From Oscillospiraceae bacterium (GTDB lineage: Bacteria; Bacillota; Clostridia; Oscillospirales; Oscillospiraceae): 64,000 nt of DNA. Shown here one piece after another: positions 8,997 through 19,185 of the stretch (the first letter of the stretch is position 1; each line of letters starts with the position of its first letter). The position numbers were made by a program, and so were the translations under genes. The notes under the pieces were generated by a model that was given only the letters and a program-made list of their open reading frames with translations, searched no databases and had not been told where the DNA came from. The stretch spans positions 11,748-75,747 of the forward strand of contig JAAWDI010000027.1 in NCBI GenBank assembly GCA_022793685.1, written 5' to 3'.

Positions 8997-9506
8997 ATGC
9001 CGTCCACACCAGTCCGCCGCCTTGCACTGTGCGCCGTCCTCACTGCGGCGGCGCTGGCTCTGTCCTTCGGGGAAAATCTGCTGCCCCTTGCGGTGCTCCT
9101 CCCCCTGCCGGGCCTGCGGCTGGGGCTTGCCAACCTCGTCACCGTATATGCCCTTTGCCGCCTCTCTGTCAGGGAGGCCGCTCTGATTTTGTGCGCCCGC
9201 TGTCTGCTGGCCGCGCTGGTGGGCGGAAACGCCGCGGGGCTGTGGTTTTCCCTTTCGGGGGGTGTTCTCGCACTGCTTACGATGGCCGCTGCTCTGCGTT
9301 TCAAAAAATTTTCTCTTGTTGGGGTGTGTATTTTCGGCGCGGCAGCCCACAATACAGGGCAAATCGTGGCTTCCCTTCTCTATTTCCGTTCCCCTGCGCC
9401 CCTTTTGTACCTGCCGCCGCTGCTGGCCTGCTCCGTTGTAACCGGGACGGTCACCGGATTTGCCGCCCTGTTTCTCCTCAAGCGCATTCCGGAAAATACT
9501 GCTTGA
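8997..9506 (+). CDS. Gx transporter family protein (heptaprenyl diphosphate synthase component I-like, PF07456)
   Basis: Pattern LPLPGLRLGLANLVTVYAL...GAAAHNTGQIVAS in a 5-TM small protein. SD gaaaggag precedes the start. Confidence 0.75.
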   Translation: MPSTPVRRLALCAVLTAAALALSFGENLLPLAVLLPLPGLRLGLANLVTVYALCRLSVREAALILCARCLLAALVGGNAAGLWFSLSGGVLALLTMAAALRFKKFSLVGVCIFGAAAHNTGQIVASLLYFRSPAPLLYLPPLLACSVVTGTVTGFAALFLLKRIPENTA

Positions 9507-9531
9507 CTTTTTTGTCCATTTCCTGTATTTT
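9503..9531 (+). promoter_or_regulatory. Candidate sigma-A promoter for the riboswitch leader/antiporter
   Basis: TTGACT (9503-9508), 17 nt spacer, TATTTT (9526-9531). The -35 overlaps the stop of the Gx gene. Confidence 0.4.
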
Positions 9532-9540
9532 ATGTTTCGT

Positions 9541-9627
9541 CAAGAGGGAGTAGTTAATATGCAGCATCAACATTCCTGCCTTTCAGGCATGGTGCTGCAC
9601 CCGTTTTAAACGGGAACGAGACTTTTG
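9541..9627 (+). promoter_or_regulatory. Candidate yybP-ykoY-type (Mn2+) riboswitch aptamer
   Basis: CAAGAG-GGAGUAG near the 5' end resembles the conserved GGGGAGUAG L1 element. An internal UCAACAU sits within the gcagca/tgctgc helix, followed by the hairpin cccguuuuaaacggg. The 3' ACGAGAC-CUUUUG resembles GCAAGACC, and CUUUUG can pair with 5' CAAGAG as P1. Confidence 0.45.
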
Positions 9628-9662
9628 GCGCCGTCGTGCGCCGAAAGTCTTTTTTATTTTTC
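9620..9662 (+). terminator. Intrinsic terminator / riboswitch expression platform
   Basis: Stem gacttttggcgc-cgtcgt-gcgccgaaagtc followed by tttttta ttttt. Its 5' arm overlaps the proposed P1 3' strand. Confidence 0.7.
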
Positions 9663-9700
9663 CACCGACCGGGGAACCATAGAAAAAGCGAGGAACGTAT

Positions 9701-10642
9701 ATGCACCTTTTTATCACAGCTCTGCTGTTTTTGTTCGGCCTTGTGCTTATCGTCAAAGGCGGCGACTGGTTTGTAGACGCCGCCACATGGATGGCCCGCG
9801 TCACCGGCATTCCCAACTTCATCATCGGCGCAACCGTGGTCAGCATTGCCACCACCCTGCCGGAACTGCTTGTCTCTCTGGTCGCCGCCGCTCAGGGGAA
9901 GGTGGATATGGCCGTGGGCAACGCCGTCGGCTCCGTCACTGCCAACACCGGCTTGATTTTAGGCATCTCCCTGATTTTCCTGCCTGGAATGATGAAGCGG
10001 AAGGAATTGATTCCCAAGGCGCTTCTGCTGATTGCATCGTGCGCCGGACTGTGGTGGCTGTGCTCTGCGGGCGGAGTCTCCATGCCCCTTGGATTGGTGC
10101 TGTTCGTCATCTTGGGGCTTTATTTTGCCGAAAACATCCGCAGTGGGAAATCCAACGCTCAACAGCAAAAAGGGGAACGCCCTCAAAAAGCGGAGGCAGG
10201 CAAAAACATTCTGCTTTTCGTCGTAGGCGCCGCTGCTATTGTGGTGGGGGCCAACCTGCTCGTAAATAACGGCAGTGAACTGGCGCGGCTGTTCGGCGTA
10301 CCGGAAAAAATCATCGCTCTCACCTTTGTGGCCATCGGCACCTCTCTCCCTGAGCTGGTCACCACCATCACCGCCATCGCCAAAAAGCAGGGTTCCCTTT
10401 CCGTGGGCAATATCATCGGCGCAAATATCATTGACCTGACCCTTATTCTGCCCCTGTGCGGCGTGGTTTCCGGAGGAACGCTGCCCGTCAGCGCCCAGAC
10501 TTACCTACTGGACCTCCCTGTGGCTCTTATCCTCACGCTGATTGCCATGCTGCCCGCCATGATAACCGGAAAATTCCGCCGCTGGCAGGGCGCTGTGCTT
10601 GTGGCCGGCTATGCCGCCTATCTTCTTGTTCTGGTGCTGTAA
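9701..10642 (+). CDS. Calcium/sodium (CaCA family, YrbG-like) cation antiporter
   Basis: Two alpha-repeat signatures are present: GATVVSIATTLPELLVS...GNAVGSVTANTG and AIGTSLPELVTTITA...GNIIGANIID. Confidence 0.9.
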   Translation: MHLFITALLFLFGLVLIVKGGDWFVDAATWMARVTGIPNFIIGATVVSIATTLPELLVSLVAAAQGKVDMAVGNAVGSVTANTGLILGISLIFLPGMMKRKELIPKALLLIASCAGLWWLCSAGGVSMPLGLVLFVILGLYFAENIRSGKSNAQQQKGERPQKAEAGKNILLFVVGAAAIVVGANLLVNNGSELARLFGVPEKIIALTFVAIGTSLPELVTTITAIAKKQGSLSVGNIIGANIIDLTLILPLCGVVSGGTLPVSAQTYLLDLPVALILTLIAMLPAMITGKFRRWQGAVLVAGYAAYLLVLVL

Positions 10643-10690
10643 ATTTGATATACTGTTTTTATAATGAAAACAGAAAAGAGGCGTTGTAAT

Positions 10691-11095
10691 ATGACAGACC
10701 GCCAGTTGGTCGACTTGGCCTTTCAAATGCTGAAGCGCTCCTATGTACCCTATTCCCACTTTCCTGTGGGCGCCGCTTTGGAGTGTGCCGACGGTACTGT
10801 ATTCACCGGCTGTAACGTAGAAAATGCCGCTTACGGCTCTACCATCTGCGCCGAGCGTACCGCGCTGGTCAAGGCGGTTTCGGAGGGACGCCGGGACAAC
10901 TTCGTCCGCCTCGCCGTGGTCGGCACCGGAACAGACTATTGCTGGCCCTGCGGCTCCTGCCGGCAAATGCTCTATGAGTTTGCCCCCGATTTGGAGGTTC
11001 TGGTCGCCCGGGGCGACGGTGATTTCGTCAAGCTTCCCCTCGCCAAGCTTCTGCCCTATGGCTTCGGGCCGAAAGACCTTTCCATTCATCCATAA
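10691..11095 (+). CDS. cdd: Cytidine deaminase
   Basis: Contains FPVGAAL...NVENAAYGSTICAERTA...CWPCGSCRQ (CAE and PCGxCRQ zinc motifs). ATG 10691 follows aaaagagg. Confidence 0.9.
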   Translation: MTDRQLVDLAFQMLKRSYVPYSHFPVGAALECADGTVFTGCNVENAAYGSTICAERTALVKAVSEGRRDNFVRLAVVGTGTDYCWPCGSCRQMLYEFAPDLEVLVARGDGDFVKLPLAKLLPYGFGPKDLSIHP

Positions 11096-11165
11096 AATCC
11101 CAGCATCGTCTTATACCAGAATGGGCATACTGCCACTGAACCCAAAGTTAGGAGGTAGTATCCCA

Positions 11166-11378
11166 ATGCTGATTGACAAAATCGCGCTGGTTTTGGCCAT
11201 CATCGGCGGCCTCAACTGGGGCAGCATCGGCCTGTTCCGTTTTGACATCGTAGCGTTTGCGTGCGGCGGTTCCGCCAGTATGCTCAGCCGTATCATTTAT
11301 ATTGTGGTCGGTCTGGCTGCGCTGTGGTGTATCTCTCTGCTCTTCCGCGACCGCGTGGAAAACGAGAGCATGGCCTGA
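11166..11378 (+). CDS. DUF378 domain-containing small membrane protein
   Basis: 70 aa. IALVLAIIGGLNWGSIGLFRFDIVAF matches the DUF378 GxNWG signature. Strong aggagg SD. Confidence 0.8.
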   Translation: MLIDKIALVLAIIGGLNWGSIGLFRFDIVAFACGGSASMLSRIIYIVVGLAALWCISLLFRDRVENESMA

Positions 11379-11386
11379 TTTCCCTA

Positions 11387-11424
11387 AAAAGCAGCAAGCC
11401 GTTTCATCGGCTTGCTGCTTTTTT
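11387..11424 (+). terminator. Rho-independent terminator
   Basis: Hairpin gcagcaagccgtttcatcggcttgctgc followed by tttttt. Confidence 0.75.
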
Positions 11425-11435
11425 GCATGATTTTC

Positions 11436-11492
11436 TTGACAGGCTTTTTAAAGCATGTTATTGTATTGTTAACCCCCCCACCCCCCTGGGGT
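11436..11492 (+). promoter_or_regulatory. Candidate cop operon promoter plus CsoR-type operator
   Basis: TTGACA (11436-41), 17 nt spacer, TATTGT (11459-64). A C/G-tract inverted repeat ACCCC-N3-GGGGT (11480-11492) lies immediately downstream, as in known CsoR operators. Confidence 0.45.
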
Positions 11493-11515
11493 ATTATTTG
11501 ATGGAGGATACAGCT

Positions 11516-11779
11516 ATGATGGCAGACCATGCCGCCGTCCTTCGGCTTTTGAAAACCGCCCGCGGCCAACTGGACGGCATTATAAAAATGGTGGAGGATG
11601 ACCGCTATTGCGTGGACATCTCCCACCAGGTGATGGCCACCGGCGCGATTCTCAGCCGCGCCAATAAGGAAATTCTCACCGCACACCTGAAGCACTGCGT
11701 CAATGAGGCCAAGACCCCTCAGGAGCGGGAACAGAAAATCGACGAGCTGGTCGATACATTGGGCAAGCTGCTGAAATAA
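11516..11779 (+). CDS. csoR: CsoR-family copper-sensing transcriptional repressor
   Basis: LKTARGQLDGIIKMVEDDRYCVDISHQVMATGAILSRANKEILTAHLKHC carries the C-H-C ligand pattern of CsoR/RcnR (DUF156). Confidence 0.85.
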   Translation: MMADHAAVLRLLKTARGQLDGIIKMVEDDRYCVDISHQVMATGAILSRANKEILTAHLKHCVNEAKTPQEREQKIDELVDTLGKLLK

Positions 11780-11799
11780 GCGGCAGAAAGGAGCCTGTC

Positions 11800-11970
11800 A
11801 TGGACGAGCAAAAGAAAACACCGCAAACGCCCGGCTTTCTCCCGCCCGCCTGCGTTCTCTCCCTTTCACCGGACGGCGACCCAGCGCTGAACAAGCTCAA
11901 GGCCAAATTCAAAAAGAAATTCGATAAATCCTCAAAGGCTTCCGACAAACCGGGGGAGCCGTCCCGCTAA
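11800..11970 (+). CDS. Small 56-aa ORF between csoR and copA (hypothetical)
   Basis: Below the track's length cutoff. ATG 11800 sits 6 nt after gaaaggag. Translation is MDEQKKTPQTPGFLPPACVLSLSPDGDPALNKLKAKFKKKFDKSSKASDKPGEPSR, with no recognisable family. Confidence 0.3.
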   Translation: MDEQKKTPQTPGFLPPACVLSLSPDGDPALNKLKAKFKKKFDKSSKASDKPGEPSR

Positions 11971-11983
11971 AGGAGTTTTTCCT

Positions 11984-14539
<2,556 letters not shown>

Positions 14540-14550
14540 CCGCAAGCAGC

Positions 14551-14592
14551 AAAAGCGGCGTGCATTTCTTTTTGAAATGCACGCCGCTTTTT
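14551..14592. terminator. Rho-independent terminator (between convergent genes)
   Basis: Hairpin aaaagcggcgtgcatttc-tttttg-aaatgcacgccgctttt, with T runs on both strands. Confidence 0.8.
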
Positions 14593-14597
14593 ATATT

Positions 14598-16196
14598 TTA
14601 CTGCTGATTTAGCTCCGCCACCTCCAACATATTGCGGCAGAGGAAAATCACAAAGAGGGACACCGCCACATTGACGGCGGCCAGGATAAGCAGGCCGCTC
14701 ACCAGAGGTAGGGCGGCTGCCAGCGTAAGCACCACCGCCAGCAGAACGCCGGGGGCAACCATCACCAAAACAATCGCGATATAGAGCAACATCACAATCA
14801 TCCGCGACCCAGAGCCGCCCCAGATGCGTTCCACCGCCAGATTGGCCGCGGTAAACAGCACCGAATAGGTCACCCGTCCCACCATCAGCACCGCGGACAG
14901 AACCACAGGCCAGTCAAGAATGATGCACAGGGGAAGAAAAATCACCACCGCCTCCAAAACAGCGGCGGGCAGCCCTTCCGCCACAAAATACAGCAGCTTG
15001 CGGAACGGCGGCTCTGGTACCAGATAGAGGTAGGGCTTTGTCAGCTCCTTGTTCATGCTACCCTTGAGGGTACTGAAAATCTGCATATACACGCTGACCG
15101 CGAATACGCTGATGACCGACCCGACAGCCGTATCCTCCGCGATGGCCCGCCCCGCAAAAAGGCCGAAGCCAATGGTTATCAAAATAAAGACCAAATCGAC
15201 GGGGGAAAACAGGAACACCCGGCCCCGCCGGTCCTCCAGCATATGCTTGTGGAAGAACACCGACGCGCCCCAGCCCTTTCTGACGCCCCTCTTTCCCACT
15301 TTTACATTTCGGGGCGCGGCCTCCGTCATCATGCCCTCCTTTCGGGCCGTGATGGCGGACTGCACCGTCTCGGCGCTTTTCAGCACGTCCTCGTAAAAGT
15401 CGGTGTGGGTGCGGGTCATGAACAGCACCACCAGCACAAGGCCCGCCGCCGACAGGACAATCCCCGCCGCCAATGCAAGCAGGTTACCTGTCAGCGCGCC
15501 ATACGCCGCCCAGCTCATCCACCCTGCCAGCGGCAGCAGGTGAAGGGGCAGGCTATTGGCCGCCGCCACTGCGCCGGAAAGCAGCCCTTCCGGGGCGTTT
15601 AGCGCGCTGAATACCACCCATGCCGCTGCGAGGAACAGCACCGCGAAGAAAACGCCCTGCGCAATGCGGCGCTTCTGCTCATCGCCGCTGGTGGAAGCGT
15701 ACAGCACCAATGCCACCGTCTGGCCCAGAAACACCGTAACGGCATACCCCAGCAGGATGACGACCAGTTGCGCCGCCGTAACCCCGTACACCTGATGCAT
15801 CCAGCTGTACTGGAACAGCAGGAATACCCCCACCATCAGGGAGGTTCCCATCTGCTGGCACAGGCCGTAAAGCAGAGCGTGCTGAGGCTTCAGCGGAGCG
15901 GGAAAGATAAGGTTTACATCGGGCATATTAAAAAAGCTGCCGCCGTTGCTGAAGCCACCGTAAACCAGTAAAAAGAACATGACCGCGTACAGGGCGGTCA
16001 CCATAGCGGTTACCTCCGCCTGGGGTCGGTAGCCTTCCACCGGTATGCCGCCCATGTTTCCGGAAAAGAACACCAGCCCCAGCAGCAAAACCACGATAAT
16101 GAGATAGATGAGCTTCCCCGGACTTTTCAAAAAGCTCTTGACCCGATTTTTCAGCTTGGTCAGCAGAAGATAGGAAAGCGCGCCGCCCTGCTTCAT
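14598..16196 (-). CDS. Putative ABC exporter permease (ABC_export family, multi-TM)
   Basis: 532 aa with about 12 TM helices. The N-terminus MKQGGALSYLLLTKLKNRVKSFLKSPGKLIYL is typical of the 'putative ABC exporter' family. Start overlaps the stop of the upstream ATPase. Confidence 0.7.
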   Translation of the reverse strand: MKQGGALSYLLLTKLKNRVKSFLKSPGKLIYLIIVVLLLGLVFFSGNMGGIPVEGYRPQAEVTAMVTALYAVMFFLLVYGGFSNGGSFFNMPDVNLIFPAPLKPQHALLYGLCQQMGTSLMVGVFLLFQYSWMHQVYGVTAAQLVVILLGYAVTVFLGQTVALVLYASTSGDEQKRRIAQGVFFAVLFLAAAWVVFSALNAPEGLLSGAVAAANSLPLHLLPLAGWMSWAAYGALTGNLLALAAGIVLSAAGLVLVVLFMTRTHTDFYEDVLKSAETVQSAITARKEGMMTEAAPRNVKVGKRGVRKGWGASVFFHKHMLEDRRGRVFLFSPVDLVFILITIGFGLFAGRAIAEDTAVGSVISVFAVSVYMQIFSTLKGSMNKELTKPYLYLVPEPPFRKLLYFVAEGLPAAVLEAVVIFLPLCIILDWPVVLSAVLMVGRVTYSVLFTAANLAVERIWGGSGSRMIVMLLYIAIVLVMVAPGVLLAVVLTLAAALPLVSGLLILAAVNVAVSLFVIFLCRNMLEVAELNQQ

Positions 16197-16912
16197 GCCT
16201 GCTCGCCCTCCTCCGTGCCGCCCTCCGTGATTTCAAAGAACAGCTCCTCCAGCGACTGGCTGTGGTTCTCACTGCCGCCGTTGCGGCGTGACGCCGCAAA
16301 CCTGCCGTTTTTCATAATGTGCACCACATCCCAGTAGTCCTCCACTGAGTCAATCATGTGGGTGCTGATGAGCACGGTACACCCCTGCGCTTTCAACTCT
16401 CGGAAAAGGTTTTTCAGTTCCTTGATGGCGTGGGGGTCAAGGCCCACCATCGGCTCGTCGAAGATGAGCACCCTCGGCCGGTGAGCCAGCGCACAGCAAA
16501 TGGACAGCTTCTGCTGCATCCCCTTGGATAGCTCCTTGCCCAGTTTGTCCTTCTTGTCCAGCAGTTCAAAGCGTTCCAGCAGGACATGGGCGTACTGCCC
16601 GTCCTCCTCCATGCGGTAAGCCCGTCGAATAAATTCCAGATGCTCCTCCACCGTCAGCAAATCGTAAACGGCGGGCAGCTCCGGCACATAGCCCAGCAAG
16701 CGCTTGGCCTCCATGGATTTATTCGGCTTTCCGTCAATTTCGATGCTGCCTGTAAAACGCAAAAGGCCGCAGATGCTTTTAATAATGGTAGACTTGCCCG
16801 CGCCGTTTGGGCCAAGCAGCACCGCAATCTGCCCATCCTCCACCGTAAAGCTGATGTCCTGATTGGCAAGCATATCTCCATAGCGCTTGCTCACATGGGA
16901 AACCGTCAACAT
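16193..16912 (-). CDS. ABC transporter ATP-binding protein
   Basis: Walker A GPNGAGKST, signature LSKGMQQKL, Walker B VLIFDEP. ATG 16912 follows gaggag. Confidence 0.9.
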   Translation of the reverse strand: MLTVSHVSKRYGDMLANQDISFTVEDGQIAVLLGPNGAGKSTIIKSICGLLRFTGSIEIDGKPNKSMEAKRLLGYVPELPAVYDLLTVEEHLEFIRRAYRMEEDGQYAHVLLERFELLDKKDKLGKELSKGMQQKLSICCALAHRPRVLIFDEPMVGLDPHAIKELKNLFRELKAQGCTVLISTHMIDSVEDYWDVVHIMKNGRFAASRRNGGSENHSQSLEELFFEITEGGTEEGEQA

Positions 16913-17096
16913 TTGTCTCCTCACACTCCATTTTTTGTGATGGATGCAGTATAGCATGTTCCCCTTGGTTTTGCATCAAAAAAGGATTAAAATTTCCTGA
17001 ATTTTCTGCCGGACAGGTGACAATCAAAACTTTTTGTGTATTGCATTTTCCGCCCCCAAGCGTACAGTATAAGCAACGAAAGGAAGCGAAACTTCT

Positions 17097-17729
17097 ATGA
17101 AGAAAATTCTGTCCGACTCCCTCCGCGACTTCACCCTGCTGGCCGTCGCCTGCCTGGTGCTCGGCGTGTTGCTGCTCTTTTTCCCAGGCGCCTCCGGCCG
17201 AGTCATCTGCTCCCTGTGCGCCATCGCTCTGATTGTTTACGGTGGTATCCATGTGGTGCTTTACTTCCTCCGCAAAGCGCCGGAGGACCTGTTCCGCCAT
17301 GATTTTGCCAAGGGACTTATCTGCCTGCTTTTGGGCGTCTATCTCCTGATGCGTCCGGCTTTCCTGATGGGGGTGCTCCCCGTTGTGCTCGGTATTGTGG
17401 TACTGGGCGACAGCATCATCCGCCTGCAAAAATCCTTTGATTTGGTGCGCTTGGGCGACAGCCTCTGGTGGGTGGTGCTTTTGCTGGCCATCGCCACCGG
17501 TATTCTGGGCGTGCTGATGCTGGTCAATCCCTTCGGCGCGGCGGCCACCCTGCTTCGTTTCATCGGCCTTGGTTTGGTGCTGAGCGGCGTCTCCGACCTC
17601 TGGACTATGTTTTCCCTTCGCCATTGGGTGAAGGACACGGCCCGCCTGATAAAAGATGAAATTTCCGGCATTGAGACAACAGAATACACGGTGGAGGACG
17701 CCGAGCGCCAGGACGGCGCAAAAGACTGA
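17097..17729 (+). CDS. HdeD/DUF308 family membrane protein
   Basis: Repeated GxxxxxG helices (LGVLLLFFPG, ALIVYGGIHV, ILGVLMLVNPF) are typical of DUF308. Confidence 0.7.
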   Translation: MKKILSDSLRDFTLLAVACLVLGVLLLFFPGASGRVICSLCAIALIVYGGIHVVLYFLRKAPEDLFRHDFAKGLICLLLGVYLLMRPAFLMGVLPVVLGIVVLGDSIIRLQKSFDLVRLGDSLWWVVLLLAIATGILGVLMLVNPFGAAATLLRFIGLGLVLSGVSDLWTMFSLRHWVKDTARLIKDEISGIETTEYTVEDAERQDGAKD

Positions 17730-17784
17730 CCGCCGCTTATTCTTCCGCATCCTTCGGGGCATACTACCCCTGAGGTGAACTGTA

Positions 17785-18210
17785 ATGAAGGACACAGAGC
17801 TGCTCCAGTATATCCATGAAACAGCCCAGATGGGCATCAAAGGCCTGAACGATGTAAAAGACCGCATTCACGACAGCAAACTGAGCGACGCCATTGCCCA
17901 GCAGATGGCGGAGTACCGCAGCATCTCCACCCAGGCGGGCGATATGCTCCGCTCCAAGGGCGAGGAGCCGAAAGACCCCAGCCTGATGGCCACCCTGTCC
18001 TCTGAGATGATGTCCGCCATGAAAACCATGAAGGGCGCTTCCGCCTCCACCGTGGCGGAGATGGTCATCCAGGGCAACAACATGGGCATCACCAAGGGAA
18101 CCAAGCACCTCCACGATTATGAGGGCAACGACAAACAGGTACGCGCCCTCGCCGAAAAGCTGCTGGCCACCGAGGAGGCCAACGTCAATCAAATGAAGCC
18201 CTTCCTGTAA
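17785..18210 (+). CDS. Hypothetical helical protein (family not recognised)
   Basis: 141-aa ORF with normal GC, SD gaggtg and a terminator downstream. No motif could be assigned. Confidence 0.55.
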   Translation: MKDTELLQYIHETAQMGIKGLNDVKDRIHDSKLSDAIAQQMAEYRSISTQAGDMLRSKGEEPKDPSLMATLSSEMMSAMKTMKGASASTVAEMVIQGNNMGITKGTKHLHDYEGNDKQVRALAEKLLATEEANVNQMKPFL

Positions 18211-18246
18211 GAAAGACGCGCCCACTGGGGATACCGTAAAGAAAGC

Positions 18247-18290
18247 CATCACCCGCCGCAAAGCAGTTGCTTTGCGGCGGGTGATGTTTT
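18247..18290 (+). terminator. Rho-independent terminator
   Basis: Hairpin catcacccgccgcaaagc-agtt-gctttgcggcgggtgatg followed by tttt. Confidence 0.75.
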
Positions 18291-18334
18291 ATAATGAACC
18301 GGCCAACAAATCGCCGTTTCAAGGAGAAACTATC

Positions 18335-18957
18335 ATGCTTGATATGATACCTGATGAAAAGCAAATGACAACCTTGGTCGGGAAATCCCTATATGAGTTA
18401 TGGAATCAATTATGCACTTGCATTGATGAAAAATACAATATGGAACGCTTATGGGATAAAGGCGGCAAAGCGTGGACGTATGAATATAAATACCGTCGAG
18501 GCGGCAAAACCTTATGCGCATTATATGCAAAAGAACGCTGTATAGGGTTCATGATAATTTTAGGAAAAAATGAACGCTTAAAATTTGAAAAAGATAGGGA
18601 AAGTTACTCAGATGAAATTCAAAGAATTTGCAACTTTTGTCACCAATTCGCCACAAAACGCCATATTTTCGTTGATTTTGCAATCAATCTGTTTTGATTT
18701 TGCCTTTTTTGCATCCTGTTTTCTAGCCCTCTTAAGGGAAAACATAAGGGAAAACAGCGTCAAAAAAGCAAAGAAAAAAACCTATAACCATTGCGGTTAC
18801 AGGGTTTGCTTTTGGTCCGAGTGACAGGACTTGAACTTACGATGAAGCGCAAACCTATCATGATGGGAAATGGATAATGTTTGAGCCAACAGACTCTTCT
18901 TTATTCGATGATTTTATGAAACTGCTGAACCTCAAAAGAAATCCGAACAGAAAATAG
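18335..18957 (+). pseudogene. DUF3788 family gene disrupted by an approximately 200-bp insertion
   Basis: The N-terminal part MLDMIPDEKQMTTLVGKSLYELWNQL...YSDEIQRICN runs to about 18637. The matching C-terminal part (Y)DEAQTYHDGKWIMFEPTDSSLFDDFMKLLNLKRNPNRK* resumes at 18838/18841 and ends at TAG 18955-57. The region is low-GC. Confidence 0.65.
18638..18837 (-). mobile_element. Insertion carrying a tRNA 3'-end fragment plus its terminator (att-like scar)
   Basis: The minus strand reads TTCAAGTCCTGTCACTCGGACCA (T-loop, T-stem 3' arm, acceptor 3' arm, A73, CCA; 18813-18835). It is followed by the hairpin aaaccctgtaaccgcaatggttatagg and ttttttt. AACTT occurs at both junctions (18632-36 and 18834-38). 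Confidence 0.45.
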
Positions 18958-19038
18958 CGCTTTACAGGTAAACCTTCCGCTTATCGTTCTCTCCCATAGA
19001 CACTTTTGTCCGACGGTGTAATAGATTGCATAGCGTAA

Positions 19039-19082
19039 AAAGGGCAAGGAACCATTGCGTTTTCCTTGCCCTTCACTTTTTG
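19039..19082 (+). terminator. Rho-independent terminator
   Basis: Hairpin aagggcaaggaaccattgcgttttccttgccctt followed by cacttttt. Confidence 0.65.
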
Positions 19083-19116
19083 ACGAAACGCAAGCCTTTT
19101 TCATATCCTTACGTGG

Positions 19117-19145
19117 TTGATTTTTGAACGCCGCTCCTCTATACT
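19117..19145 (+). promoter_or_regulatory. Candidate promoter of the bicupin gene
   Basis: TTGATT, 17 nt spacer, TATACT. Confidence 0.4.
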
Positions 19146-19185
19146 GAAAATAAGCATCCAATTCAAATTGTAAGGGAGCGATAAT

